A DNA stretch of 64,000 nucleotides, taken from positions 425,929 through 489,928 of the forward strand of contig CAZQKK010000001.1 in the NCBI GenBank assembly GCA_964593885.1, read 5' to 3'. How positions within the stretch are numbered: the stretch's first letter is position 1; each line of letters opens with the position of its first letter. Both the position numbers and the translations under genes were made by a program. The stretch is from an uncultured Candidatus Saccharibacteria bacterium. GTDB lineage: Bacteria > Patescibacteriota > UBA1384 > CAILIB01. Below, in pieces: positions 1 to 9,798 of the stretch. The notes below the pieces were generated by a model that ran no database searches, had not been told where the DNA came from, and saw nothing but the letters and a program-made list of their open reading frames with translations.

Positions 1-1
1 C

Positions 2-1099
2 ATCTTAGACTTCCACAAAGACTACCCTGAAGCGGTGACCATTAAGCTAGAGCAGAACTACCGTTCAACCCAGAATATCTTGGATGCCGCGCAGGCAGTG
101 ATTACCAAAAACCAGGATAGGAGCGATAAGAAGCTCTGGACCGATGGCCCAACCGGAACACCCGTTACCGTGGTTGAGTGTCTGAATGAGAAAGATGAAG
201 GGGAGTTCATTATCAGGGAGATTCAGGGCTTAGTCAGGGCAGGAGACTACACCGGGGTGAGGTCTCTCGATGACTGTGTGATCTTGTATCGCACCAATGC
301 CCAATCACGTCTTCTAGAAGAAACCCTCATCAGGGTTGGCATTCCGTACAGGATTGTTGGTGGGGTGAGGTTCTACGAGCGAAAAGAGATCAAGGACATC
401 ATCTGCTACCTTCGCCTCCTCCATAACCCAGTTGATTGGGTGGCACTCGAGCGAGTGATTAACGTACCAGCTAGAGGAATTGGGCCAAAGACAGTCACTG
501 GGCTTCGCGAACTCAACCTTGAGGATAGGGGAAGTCTACCGCCAAAGGTTCAGAATTTCTTTGGCATGATTGATGGGCTTCGCTCCAAGGTATCATCGCT
601 CAAGCCAGATATCTTGCTTGAAGATGTGATTGCCGTGACGGGGTACCGAGACTACATCAAAGACGGCACCATAGAGGGCGAGAGTAGGTGGGAGAACATC
701 CTAGAGTTGATTGGCGCCGCCTCACGCGCCGAAGACCTTGAAACCTTCCTTGAAGAAGTAGCCTTGGTTCAGGAGCTTGATGACACCCAGTCTACCAAGG
801 GTGAAAATCGCTACGAGGGGATGATTACCCTGATGACCCTCCACGCCGCAAAGGGCCTCGAGTTTCCCGTGGTGTTCATGGCAGGCATGGAAGAGGGGAT
901 TTTTCCACACAACCGCGCCCTTGAAGATAAGCAGCAGATGGAAGAGGAGCGAAGGCTTGCCTACGTTGGAATGACCAGGGCAATGAAGCGGCTGTACCTG
1001 TTGTACGCCTTTGAGAGACGTCTCTACGGCCTGCTCCAGGCAAACCCGCCATCTCGTTTTGTTAACGAGATACCTGAGGAGTTGCGCGAGAAAATCTAG
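2..1099 (+). CDS. UvrD/PcrA-family ATP-dependent DNA helicase, C-terminal portion (5' end of gene is upstream of window)
   Basis: ORF 35..1099 is open in-frame to the window edge; helicase motif-IV-like QNYRSTQNILDAA; UvrD C-terminal motifs (LYRTNAQSR, GLEFPVVFMAGMEEGIFPH, RLAYVGMTRA). Confidence 0.85.
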   Translation: MLDFHKDYPEAVTIKLEQNYRSTQNILDAAQAVITKNQDRSDKKLWTDGPTGTPVTVVECLNEKDEGEFIIREIQGLVRAGDYTGVRSLDDCVILYRTNAQSRLLEETLIRVGIPYRIVGGVRFYERKEIKDIICYLRLLHNPVDWVALERVINVPARGIGPKTVTGLRELNLEDRGSLPPKVQNFFGMIDGLRSKVSSLKPDILLEDVIAVTGYRDYIKDGTIEGESRWENILELIGAASRAEDLETFLEEVALVQELDDTQSTKGENRYEGMITLMTLHAAKGLEFPVVFMAGMEEGIFPHNRALEDKQQMEEERRLAYVGMTRAMKRLYLLYAFERRLYGLLQANPPSRFVNEIPEELREKI

Positions 1100-1108
1100 G
1101 CTCTCGCT

Positions 1109-2446
1109 CTAGAGCACACCCAGTACCGAAGGGAGAACCAGCCTGATAACGAGGAGGAAGAGGATACCCTGGAGGATAAAGCTCGTTAGGTAGTGCTCTG
1201 CCTGATCCTTGCTTTCTTGGACAAACCTTACGGTACTGCCATCTGGCCTTACTACCTCGTTTACTGCGGGAGCACTAGGACCTCCAAGGGGTGGGAGTGG
1301 CTCGCCAAGACCCCAGAGTGGCTGGTGGGTAACCTCGGTGGCTTCTACACCTACTGGGTGCTTACGTGATCGAGCGCTCAAGACGAAGGCGAGGACAAAG
1401 AGGAGGCTACCAATAACGAGGACGAGTACCGGCCAGGAAATTTCAGCAGCGGCAAAGGCGGCAAAGAGGAGCTGTGCAATGAGGACACCTGTGATAAACC
1501 AACTGACTGCTGTAGTTGTCTTCAGCTTCAGCCTTACCGCAAATACTAGGGAAGCGGTTGAGACAAGGAGGGCGATGAGAATCTGGGGAATGGCATCCTC
1601 TACGCCAAGGCTGGTGGCGATGAGAGCTGTTGGGATGGCAGCAAGGAGGAGGAGTGACTGCTCTGATACCAAACGTAGTTCGCCGTACATCCTCTCGCCC
1701 TGATCCTTCCACTGTTTAGCGGCAGCTACTGCAACCATAATGCCCATGACACCGAGGAGGGCGTACGCAAGCAGTACAATCACATCTATGGTAAGCGTTG
1801 GAATTTCTGAGTTGTACTCGCCAAAGCTACTCCTAATGCTGCTATCGAGGGTGAAGACCGTGGTGAAGAACGAGAGGGACCCAAGCATCAGGTAGGTTCT
1901 CAGCTGCCTTCGGCCTTCTTCGCCCGGTACAACCATGTGGATACCAAGGAGGGTAATGAGACCGATGCCAATGAACACGAGGTCTACGAAGAATGGGGTG
2001 TTTGGCAGGGTGCTTCCCGTTGCCACCACCCACGCCGCAAGTGCCGTGTAGGTGAGGAAGCTGTTCTGCCTGACCTTTAAGATGAACTCAACTATGCAGA
2101 ACCAGAGGAAGCTGATCCCACTAACGAGAGCCATGAATCCACCATCAATAGCAGGTGCACCAGCTAGTTCGAAGATGGCAACACCAAGTACGAAAGGAAA
2201 GGCGAGGTTTGCCGTGACGAGGGAAACGGTGCCTACCTCTTTGAAGTGCTCTTGGCTACGGGTGAAGAAGCCTGCAAGGTAGAGGCCAACAACTGGAATA
2301 CCGAGGATGGTAACTTTTGCAACGCTGCTGAAAGTTCCCCAGTTAGTACTAACGAGGGCAATTACTGCAGCAACCACCAGCGCGCCACCAACAATGGCGC
2401 TAATGGTCGCAGCCGAGAGCGGTTGACGGTGAGCTGGTTGCTCCAT
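1109..2446 (-). CDS. polytopic integral membrane protein, function unknown (about 12 predicted TM helices)
   Basis: 445-aa ORF, almost entirely hydrophobic helices; directly downstream of the RDD gene on the same strand. Confidence 0.6.
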   Translation of the reverse strand: MEQPAHRQPLSAATISAIVGGALVVAAVIALVSTNWGTFSSVAKVTILGIPVVGLYLAGFFTRSQEHFKEVGTVSLVTANLAFPFVLGVAIFELAGAPAIDGGFMALVSGISFLWFCIVEFILKVRQNSFLTYTALAAWVVATGSTLPNTPFFVDLVFIGIGLITLLGIHMVVPGEEGRRQLRTYLMLGSLSFFTTVFTLDSSIRSSFGEYNSEIPTLTIDVIVLLAYALLGVMGIMVAVAAAKQWKDQGERMYGELRLVSEQSLLLLAAIPTALIATSLGVEDAIPQILIALLVSTASLVFAVRLKLKTTTAVSWFITGVLIAQLLFAAFAAAEISWPVLVLVIGSLLFVLAFVLSARSRKHPVGVEATEVTHQPLWGLGEPLPPLGGPSAPAVNEVVRPDGSTVRFVQESKDQAEHYLTSFILQGILFLLVIRLVLPSVLGVL

Positions 2447-2455
2447 AGGAGTTGC

Positions 2456-3118
2456 TTAGGCTTTTACCACGTAGGTACCAGCAGCCTTGTCGTGCCAAGT
2501 CTGGTGCTCCTTGTTGAAGAATGCCCAGAGGTAGCCAAGGCCACCAACTGCAGCGCTGAGAAGTGAGACGAGGTACCTCATGGTAGCCACCCCAAAACTT
2601 GGGTGCTCACCTGTAGTGGTAACAACTTTAATACCCATGATGCGCTTTCCTGGGGTTTGACCCATTGAGCCAATGAAGTAGATGTAGTAGGCGCCGTAGA
2701 TGACCAGACTAATGAGTTGGGACATCATGTAGGTCATACCACCTGATTGCACGAGGTTACCGTAGGCATCTACCGTTACCTCAGAGTCACCGCCAAGGCT
2801 GCTGATACCGTAGCTCACAATTCCGAGAACTACTCCATCAAGGAAGAGAGCGACAAAGCGCTTGCCAATACCGGCGTAGACCATTGTTTGGTCTGAGGCT
2901 GGTGCGGGAGTTGCGGCTGGAGTACTCACCGGGGCTGCCATAGGTGCAGCTACAGGTGCTGGAGACGCAGCAATTGGATCCTGACTTGCTACAGGTGCTG
3001 GTGCAGGGGCAACAGGCTCAACAGGGGCCATTGTTTCTTCAGCGGCTGGCATCTCAGGTGCCTGGGTTTCTGGCGCTGGGGTGGTCTCGGGTGTAGCAGT
3101 TGGGTCGGTAGGTTCCAT
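2456..3118 (-). CDS. RDD family membrane protein with Pro/Ala/Thr-rich N-terminal region
   Basis: C-terminal domain GIGKRFVALFLDGVVLGIV...GQTPGKRIMGIKVV...TWHDKAAGTYVV matches the RDD-family pattern; N-terminal about 75 aa is low complexity (PAPAPVA). Confidence 0.7.
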   Translation of the reverse strand: MEPTDPTATPETTPAPETQAPEMPAAEETMAPVEPVAPAPAPVASQDPIAASPAPVAAPMAAPVSTPAATPAPASDQTMVYAGIGKRFVALFLDGVVLGIVSYGISSLGGDSEVTVDAYGNLVQSGGMTYMMSQLISLVIYGAYYIYFIGSMGQTPGKRIMGIKVVTTTGEHPSFGVATMRYLVSLLSAAVGGLGYLWAFFNKEHQTWHDKAAGTYVVKA

Positions 3119-3276
3119 GGGGAAACATTATGAAATGTGCTACTACCATGCTATTCCCAATCGAGAGTAGCTGCAAGGATATCCTGTCCTACTACTAGGA
3201 TGAACCTACATTTTACAGGTTCAAATGAGATTGAGGCTACTAGACAATGCCTTGTAGCTGGCGTACAATTGAGTTC

Positions 3277-4308
3277 ATGCACGTCACTCGCGGGCTTGCC
3301 ACGGTTCTCGCTTTCACGCTCACCGTCGGCATCCCATCAGCTGGTTTCGCCACTTCTCCTCAACGTTACTCCACCACCTTTGCTGCCGTTGAGAGGCTTT
3401 CTCCTCCAGTAGTGCTCCCAGGATCTCCAGCCAGTACTGAAGATTACAGCGGGAGCTTTTTTGAAACCACGCTTGAGGGTATGCTCTCACGCTTAGGTGT
3501 TGTGTTGGCTCCAGAAGATAGGGTGGCAGTCTTTCCAGATCCTGCCCTGGGCATTGGAAGTCAGATTAGAATTGAGCGAGCACCAACAGTTACCATTGTG
3601 GATGCCGGCACCAGTTACCAGGTGCGAACCTGGGCAACATCGGTTGATCAGCTAGCAACTGAGAGGCGACTTGAACTGGCACCAAAGGATATCGTGAAGC
3701 CAGCTCTCAATGAGAGTATTACCAACGGCACCACCGTTACGGTAACCAGGGTTGCTGAGGTGGAAATTACCAAAAAGGAACCAATCATTTTTTCAGTTTC
3801 AAAGAAGAATACCGTAGACCTTGAGAAAGGTGAGAGTCAGGTTACCACCAAAGGGGTGAGTGGTGAGAAAGAGGTGACCTACCTGGTGAAGCGGGTGAAT
3901 GGGAAAGAGGTTTCACGAAAAGTAATTGCCACCGTGGTGACGAGGCCTGCTGTTACAGAGCAAGTACTGGTTGGAATTGGCCCAAAGCTTACCAAGGAAG
4001 GTCCCCACAAAGATCTCATCAATGCTGCTGCAAAGAAGTACCTCATTAATGGTACGGCGCTGCACTGTCTGATGATTGCAGAGTCGGGCGGGAGACCACA
4101 GAGTGCGTCATCTAATGGGCTGTATAAAGGTCTCTTCCAGTACACCGATGGCTTCTGGGCAAGCGCCAGTGCCGCCGCCGGCTACAAGGGTGCGAGTATC
4201 ACCAACACTGAGGCGCAGATTTTTGCTACTGCGAAAGCAATCTCAAGTAATAGCACTGCCTGGGTAAAGGGAAAGTGGCCACCATGGTCACAATGTTCTA
4301 ATCTTTAG
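3277..4308 (+). CDS. exported G5-domain protein with C-terminal Rpf-like (lysozyme-like transglycosylase) domain, RpfB/YabE-like
   Basis: signal-anchor MHVTRGLATVLAFTLTVGIPSAGFA; central G5-like repeat region (VTVTRVAEVEITKKEP...GEKEVTYLVKRVNGKEV); C-terminal IAESGGRPQSASSNGLYKGLFQYTDGFWAS resembles the Rpf motif CESGGNW..GLQF..TW; alternative start at 3247. Confidence 0.65.
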   Translation: MHVTRGLATVLAFTLTVGIPSAGFATSPQRYSTTFAAVERLSPPVVLPGSPASTEDYSGSFFETTLEGMLSRLGVVLAPEDRVAVFPDPALGIGSQIRIERAPTVTIVDAGTSYQVRTWATSVDQLATERRLELAPKDIVKPALNESITNGTTVTVTRVAEVEITKKEPIIFSVSKKNTVDLEKGESQVTTKGVSGEKEVTYLVKRVNGKEVSRKVIATVVTRPAVTEQVLVGIGPKLTKEGPHKDLINAAAKKYLINGTALHCLMIAESGGRPQSASSNGLYKGLFQYTDGFWASASAAAGYKGASITNTEAQIFATAKAISSNSTAWVKGKWPPWSQCSNL

Positions 4309-4317
4309 AAAAAATTG

Positions 4318-4347
4318 TTGACTTCCTCAAACACTTGGCAGTACCAT
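4318..4347 (+). promoter_or_regulatory. candidate sigma70-like promoter (TTGACT-18 nt-TACCAT) upstream of the HTH regulator gene
   Basis: TTGACT at 4318-4323, 18-nt spacer, TACCAT at 4342-4347, in the 40-nt gap after the preceding gene. Confidence 0.35.
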
Positions 4348-4373
4348 AGGTGTACCAAGCGGTAACGTATCCA

Positions 4374-4709
4374 ATGTTCGTGCGAGATATTCAAGGAATG
4401 GGGCTCACGGAAAAAGAGGCAAAGTTCTACCTCACCAGCTTACGGCTAGGGCCTTCAAGCATGCAGGTGCTTGCGCGAAAGGCCAAGATTGATAGGGGAA
4501 CCGCCTACCACGTTGCCATGACACTCGAGCAGAAGGGGCTCTTCGCCCAGCTTTCGCAGGGGAAGCGTCCGCTCTTTGGCGTTACCAACCCTCGCAGCCT
4601 CTTCAGTTTTGTAGAAACACGCCGGCAGGAAGTTGAGCAGCAGTTCAAGACAGCCGAGAGCATGATTGGAGACTTGGAAGAGCTCTACAGTACTGGTTTT
4701 TCCTCCTAA
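4374..4709 (+). CDS. small HTH transcriptional regulator (TrmB/MarR-like winged helix)
   Basis: ORF 4350 (GTG)..4709; ATG at 4374 fits the upstream promoter better; LTEKEAKFYLTSLRLGPSSMQVLARKAKIDRGTAYHVAMTLEQKGL resembles the N-terminal TrmB-type HTH. Confidence 0.5.
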   Translation: MFVRDIQGMGLTEKEAKFYLTSLRLGPSSMQVLARKAKIDRGTAYHVAMTLEQKGLFAQLSQGKRPLFGVTNPRSLFSFVETRRQEVEQQFKTAESMIGDLEELYSTGFSS

Positions 4710-4731
4710 AAATTGCTAAGGTGAGCCTCAC

Positions 4732-5586
4732 ATGAACGTGAGAATCTCACCTGATTTTGTAGTATCTCGTCTGCGCCAACTGGGCGTGAGAGCCCAGCAC
4801 TCACTGGGGCAAAACTTCCTCGTAGATGAGGAAGTACTCTTAGAGGTAGTGAGAGGGGGCGAAGTTACACCTACAGACACGGTAGTTGAGGTGGGTCCAG
4901 GGCTTGGGGTGCTCACTGAGGCGCTCCTCGCAACTGGAGCTACTGTCCATGCCCTCGAGTTTGACCCCTTGATGCTCAGCGTCTTAGAATCTGATTTTGC
5001 CGAGGCAATTGCTAGCGGAAAACTCATCCTCCACCAGGGAGATGCCGTGAAGCTGCTGCCATACCTCATCCAGACACTCCCAGAGTACAAGGTGGTGGCA
5101 AACGTGCCATACCAGATAACCACGCCACTCTTCCAGGTTCTCCTGCAAGATGCCGGGGCACATCGCCCCAAGCTCCTTTCGCTCCTCGTGCAGCGCGAAC
5201 TTGCAGAGCGTCTCTGTGCGCGGGAGAAAACGGGTGAGCGAAGCTACCTCTCGGTGCTTGCCCAGTACTTCACCACACCTTATATTTTGAGGAAGGTTGC
5301 GCCTACCTCCTTTATGCCTGCTCCCAAAGTGGATTCAGCGGTTCTGAAGCTGGTGGCCAAACCAGTTCTTTCGCTCCCGGCTGGTGAAGAGGTGAAGTTC
5401 TTCAAGTTTGTGAAGGCCGCTTTCCAGGAGCGAAGGAAACAGCTCAAAAACGTCCTTGCTGGCATGAAGGCAATGCCAACGGCTGAAGTTGGCGAGTGGC
5501 TGGTGTCCCACAACCTCCCGGTAACGGTGAGATCACAGGAACTGAGCGAAACCGATTGGCTAAACCTCTACCATGACAAAATCTAG
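4732..5586 (+). CDS. rsmA: 16S rRNA (adenine1518/1519-N6)-dimethyltransferase RsmA/KsgA
   Basis: HSLGQNFLVD motif, SAM-binding VVEVGPGLGVLT, NVPYQITTPL motif. Confidence 0.9.
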   Translation: MNVRISPDFVVSRLRQLGVRAQHSLGQNFLVDEEVLLEVVRGGEVTPTDTVVEVGPGLGVLTEALLATGATVHALEFDPLMLSVLESDFAEAIASGKLILHQGDAVKLLPYLIQTLPEYKVVANVPYQITTPLFQVLLQDAGAHRPKLLSLLVQRELAERLCAREKTGERSYLSVLAQYFTTPYILRKVAPTSFMPAPKVDSAVLKLVAKPVLSLPAGEEVKFFKFVKAAFQERRKQLKNVLAGMKAMPTAEVGEWLVSHNLPVTVRSQELSETDWLNLYHDKI

Positions 5587-6307
5587 CGCCACCCTCTACC
5601 TGGTAGCAACGCCAGTTGGCAACCTTGAGGACATGACGTACCGAGCTGTGAGAGTGCTCTCTGAGGTCTCTGAGATTTTTGCCGAAGACACCAGGGTTTC
5701 TCGAGTGCTCTTGGAGAAGTACGGCATTACCACCCACCTTACTTCTTACCGGGAGGCTGCACCCCGTGGCATGGTTGAGCGAACCATAGCCGACGTACTC
5801 TCCCGCCTCAAGCAAGGCGAATCTGTTGCCTACATCAGCGACGCCGGGACACCTGCGGTCTCAGACCCGGGAAGCTACCTTGTGAAGCGGGTGGTTGAAG
5901 CGGGCTTTACTGTTTCACCTATTCCAGGCGCCAGTGCGTTACCGATGATCATCAGCGTTTCGGGCATGCCGGTGATGCAGCCACTCTTTGTTGGGTTTTT
6001 ACCGCGCAAGAAGGGCAAGCAAACCCTCCTCAAACGCTTGAAGGAAGCACTGGTGAGCGAAACCGCTGACGTGGTTATCTTCTACGAATCTCCTGAGCGA
6101 ATAACCTCGCTCCTTGAGTACCTCGGTGAGTGGGAGTTGCCCCTACAGCTCTGTGTTGGGCGCGAGCTCACCAAGAAGTTTGAAGACGTCTTCCATGGCA
6201 ACCTCGCAGAGATGCAGGAGGTGTTTGCTGATAAGGGGAAGCAGCGCGGTGAGTTTGTGGTACTCGTAGGTCTTGCGGGCAGAGAAGCCAAAGATTCGCT
6301 AGAATAG
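5573..6307 (+). CDS. rsmI: 16S rRNA (cytidine1402-2'-O)-methyltransferase RsmI (tetrapyrrole-methylase fold)
   Basis: LYLVATPVGNLEDMTYRAVRVL...AEDTR...ISDAGTP(A)VSDPG pattern typical of RsmI; overlaps rsmA by 14 nt. Confidence 0.85.
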   Translation: MTKSSATLYLVATPVGNLEDMTYRAVRVLSEVSEIFAEDTRVSRVLLEKYGITTHLTSYREAAPRGMVERTIADVLSRLKQGESVAYISDAGTPAVSDPGSYLVKRVVEAGFTVSPIPGASALPMIISVSGMPVMQPLFVGFLPRKKGKQTLLKRLKEALVSETADVVIFYESPERITSLLEYLGEWELPLQLCVGRELTKKFEDVFHGNLAEMQEVFADKGKQRGEFVVLVGLAGREAKDSLE

Positions 6308-6311
6308 CGGT

Positions 6312-7856
6312 ATGGATCAAAAGACCACCTACATCACCACCTCCATTCACTACCCAAATGCCCTCCCACACATGGGGCATGCGCTTGAGGTAGTCCAGGC
6401 TGACTTCCTTGCACGCTACCACCGGGAGTTTTCGCTCACCGATGTGAGGTTCCAAACCGGGGTAGATGAGCATGGCCTCAAGATGTACCGCGCAGCCGGA
6501 GCTGCCGGGAAAGAGGTTGCAACCTTCACTGAAGAGCAGCAGGCCAACTTTGTCTCGTTGTTTCAGGAGCTAGGAGTAGAGGCTGATAGGTTCATCAGAA
6601 CATCTGAGCCTGCCCACAAGGAAATGGCACAGGCGCTCTGGAAGGCCTGTGAAGCCAAAGGCGATATCTACATCAAAACCTACCGTGCCTGGTACGACGT
6701 GAAAGAGGAGGAGTTCCTCGCCTCAGCCGATGAGGTTACCGATCCTTCTGTCTTTGGGATTGAGGAGAGGTTCCTCGAGCTCATTGAAGAGGAGAACTAC
6801 TTCTTTGCCGCCTCAAAGTACACGTCACAGGTACGTGAGCTCTTGGCTAGTGATACCTACAAGATTGTTCCTGAAAACCGCAAGCTTGAAATCCTCAATT
6901 TCCTTGATCAAAAAGGGATGCAGGATGTCTCAATTTCGCGCCAGAAATCAAAGCTCCCATGGGGTATTGAGGTTCCCGGAGATGACACCCAGGTGATGTA
7001 CGTCTGGTTTGATGCGCTCACCAACTACCTCACCGGAGCCGCAAGCGTCGTGGATGGGGTAATTGTTCCTGATGCATTTTGGCCAGCAATGCTCCACTGT
7101 GTAGGGAAGGATATCTCGCGTTTCCACGCACTCCTGTGGCCAGCGATGCTCATGTCGGCTGGCATTTCGCTCCCACAAAACCTCCTCACCCACGGGTTTG
7201 TCCTGGGCGAAGGTGGAAGGAAGATGAGTAAGAGCCTGGGGAACGTGGTTGATCCCCGTGAGATGCTCCAACTCTACGGACAGAGTGCTGTCAGGTGGTA
7301 CCTCCTCAAAGAGATTCCAACCCTCGGGGATGGGGTGTTTACCCAGAATCGGATTGCCGAGGTGTATGCCTCAGACCTGGCAAATGACTACGGAAACCTG
7401 GTGAGCCGCGTGGTTACCATGGCGAAGAAGTACGCTGACGGAAAGGTTCCTTCTGCAGATCACGTTGCCGCTGGTAACGCTGAGCAAGCGGTGGTTGAAG
7501 AGAAGTGGCGAGACTACCATGCAGCAGTTGAAAAGTATGAGATCAATACCGCTCTTGAGCTTGCGCATAGCCTGGTGGTGTTTGCTAACAAACGGATTGA
7601 AGAGCTGAAACCTTGGGTGATGGCGAAAGAGGGAGATACCGAGAGGCTCCACGAGTTCCTCTACGAGCTCCTCGAGCTCATCAGGCACGTTACCCTCATG
7701 TACCTCCCAGCTATCCCAGAAACAGCTTCACGGGTGCTCTCGCTCATCTACAGTACCGTTGATGGCGGCGACCAGCCGTGGGTGTGGGGCCTCCTTCAAT
7801 CTGGAGCACAGCTTCCAGAAGAAACACCCATCCTCTTCCCAAGATTGCAGGCATGA
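6312..7856 (+). CDS. metG: methionyl-tRNA synthetase
   Basis: class I HIGH motif (PHMGHA) and KMSKS motif (RKMSKSLGNVVDP); anticodon-binding C-terminal region. Confidence 0.9.
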   Translation: MDQKTTYITTSIHYPNALPHMGHALEVVQADFLARYHREFSLTDVRFQTGVDEHGLKMYRAAGAAGKEVATFTEEQQANFVSLFQELGVEADRFIRTSEPAHKEMAQALWKACEAKGDIYIKTYRAWYDVKEEEFLASADEVTDPSVFGIEERFLELIEEENYFFAASKYTSQVRELLASDTYKIVPENRKLEILNFLDQKGMQDVSISRQKSKLPWGIEVPGDDTQVMYVWFDALTNYLTGAASVVDGVIVPDAFWPAMLHCVGKDISRFHALLWPAMLMSAGISLPQNLLTHGFVLGEGGRKMSKSLGNVVDPREMLQLYGQSAVRWYLLKEIPTLGDGVFTQNRIAEVYASDLANDYGNLVSRVVTMAKKYADGKVPSADHVAAGNAEQAVVEEKWRDYHAAVEKYEINTALELAHSLVVFANKRIEELKPWVMAKEGDTERLHEFLYELLELIRHVTLMYLPAIPETASRVLSLIYSTVDGGDQPWVWGLLQSGAQLPEETPILFPRLQA

Positions 7857-8650
7857 TTGATACCCACTGTCACCTCCAGTATCCCGGTCTCTCCGAGGAT
7901 GTCGAAGGTGTGCTAGAGCGTGCCTCTGAGGTTGGAGTGAGCAAGATCATCGTGCCGGGAACAGGTGTGACCACCTCAGAAGAAGCTCTCAAGCTATCGG
8001 AGATGTACCCCAACGTCTACGCAGCCCTCGGGGTACACCCGGTGGACGATGAAGCAACCCCAAACGATGCTGCTGCCATCCGCTCACTCTTTGAACAGGG
8101 GCAGGGAAAGGTTGTGGCTGTGGGCGAAGTTGGTATGGACTACTACCACCTCCCAACTGGTGATGCAGAGATTGCTATAGCAAAAGAAGAGCAGGTAGAA
8201 CGGCTCTACCAGTTTACCCAGCTAGCACTTGAACTCCAGCTTCCACTCATCATCCACAGTAGGGAGTGTTTTAGTGACCTCTATGCGAGGTTGCGCGAGT
8301 GGGCACCTAACCACAAGACGGTGATCCACTGCTTTGTTGGCAACCAAGAGGAGGCTGATATGTGGCTTGACCTTGGCTACCACCTTTCATTTACCAACAT
8401 CCTGACCTACCCAAAAAATACTGAACTGCGCGAAGTAGCAAAGCGTGTACCTGCCGGAAGGTTCATGCTTGAAACTGATGCTCCTTTCCTGCCACCAAGA
8501 AGCCGTAGAGGGGGGTTGTGCGAGCCAGCTGATGTGTACTCAGTTGCTGAGTGCCTCGCTGAGGTGAGGGGTGAGACGCTTGCGAGTATTGCAGATCAGA
8601 CTACCGCAACCGCAGAGTCTTTCTTTGGGCTAAACGGGCTCGTGAGATGA
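7853..8650 (+). CDS. tatD: TatD family metal-dependent hydrolase/deoxyribonuclease
   Basis: MIDTHCHLQ N-terminus, GEVGMDYY, IIHSRE motifs; ATGA overlap with the metG stop. Confidence 0.85.
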   Translation: MIDTHCHLQYPGLSEDVEGVLERASEVGVSKIIVPGTGVTTSEEALKLSEMYPNVYAALGVHPVDDEATPNDAAAIRSLFEQGQGKVVAVGEVGMDYYHLPTGDAEIAIAKEEQVERLYQFTQLALELQLPLIIHSRECFSDLYARLREWAPNHKTVIHCFVGNQEEADMWLDLGYHLSFTNILTYPKNTELREVAKRVPAGRFMLETDAPFLPPRSRRGGLCEPADVYSVAECLAEVRGETLASIADQTTATAESFFGLNGLVR

Positions 8651-9798
8651 AGATTGTCGTTGCGATGTCAGGTGGTGTAGATTCCTCGGTTGCCGCTGCT
8701 CTCCTCCAGAAAGAGGGACACGAGGTGCAAGGGGTGTTCATGAAGAACTGGTCTCCACTAGACGGGCAGAGCCTCACTGACTGTCCCTGGGAAGTAGACC
8801 AGGCAGATGCTGAAGCAGTCTGTAACCATCTTGGTATCCCATTTCGCTCAGTCAATTTTGAGAGGCAGTACCGAGAAAAGGTGGTGGACAACCTGGTTAG
8901 CGAGTACGCCGCAAGTAGGACACCTAACCCTGATGTTCTCTGTAACAAAGAGATAAAGTTCTCAGCATTCTGGGAGGTGGCAAAAGAGCTAGGAGCAGAA
9001 GCCATTGCCACAGGTCACTACGTAAGGCTCGAGAACGGGGAGCTGCTCCGAGGTGTTGATCCTGGGAAAGACCAGTCCTACTTCCTCTACTCACTCACCG
9101 GTGAGCAGCTTTCACATGCGCTATTTCCCATTGGGAAGTACCCAAAACCTGAGGTTAGGAAGCTGGCGGAGGAGTTTGGACTCCCAACCGCCTCAAAGAA
9201 AGATAGCCAGGGGATCTGTTTCATTGGCCACCTTAACCTGAAAGATTTCCTTGAGGGCGAGCTAGGTTCACAACCAGGTGAGCTCAAGTTGCTTCCGAAA
9301 GGCGGGGGAAACCTTGCCGAAAGGATGGCAAATGCAGTAGTTGTGGGTGAACACCGGGGAGCCGCTTTCTACACCACGGGTGAGCGAATGGGAGGTTACC
9401 TCGACAATCGACTGTACAGCAAGGCCCGGGGCGAAACCGACGTAAAGCACACGTACGTTGTCTCAAAAGATGCCTTGAGTAATACGGTGTACGTTACCGA
9501 TGATCATGACGATAGCGACCTCTTTTCCCAGGTTATTTTTCTAGAAAGTAGCTACGTATGTGGAGGAAGTGGAGAAGTATCGCTGGTCGATATAACATCT
9601 CAAATTCCCGTTGAAGAGCTTACAGCGCAACTTCGCTACCACCAGCAACCACTGGGTGTAAAGCGGGTTGCGTACGAAGCTGACAAGGTAGTTGTTGAGC
9701 TCTCCGAAGCTGCCTGGGCAGCATCACCTGGACAATCACTTGTCTTGTACCGTGGAGATCGAGTACTTGGGGGAGGAGTGGTATGCGCTACCAGGTAA
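8647..9798 (+). CDS. mnmA: tRNA-specific 2-thiouridylase MnmA
   Basis: PP-loop VAMSGGVDSSVAA, catalytic Cys region and ATGHY motif (IATGHYVR). Confidence 0.9.
   Translation: MKIVVAMSGGVDSSVAAALLQKEGHEVQGVFMKNWSPLDGQSLTDCPWEVDQADAEAVCNHLGIPFRSVNFERQYREKVVDNLVSEYAASRTPNPDVLCNKEIKFSAFWEVAKELGAEAIATGHYVRLENGELLRGVDPGKDQSYFLYSLTGEQLSHALFPIGKYPKPEVRKLAEEFGLPTASKKDSQGICFIGHLNLKDFLEGELGSQPGELKLLPKGGGNLAERMANAVVVGEHRGAAFYTTGERMGGYLDNRLYSKARGETDVKHTYVVSKDALSNTVYVTDDHDDSDLFSQVIFLESSYVCGGSGEVSLVDITSQIPVEELTAQLRYHQQPLGVKRVAYEADKVVVELSEAAWAASPGQSLVLYRGDRVLGGGVVCATR

Noticed and set aside
1209-2282. Several ORFs of 60-160 aa on both strands inside 1109..2446 (e.g. 1209..1703+, 1443..1712-, 2052..2282+)
   Set aside because: They are embedded in or antisense to the long hydrophobic membrane-protein ORF and have Arg/Ser/Pro-rich low-complexity translations typical of shadow frames in GC-rich coding DNA.
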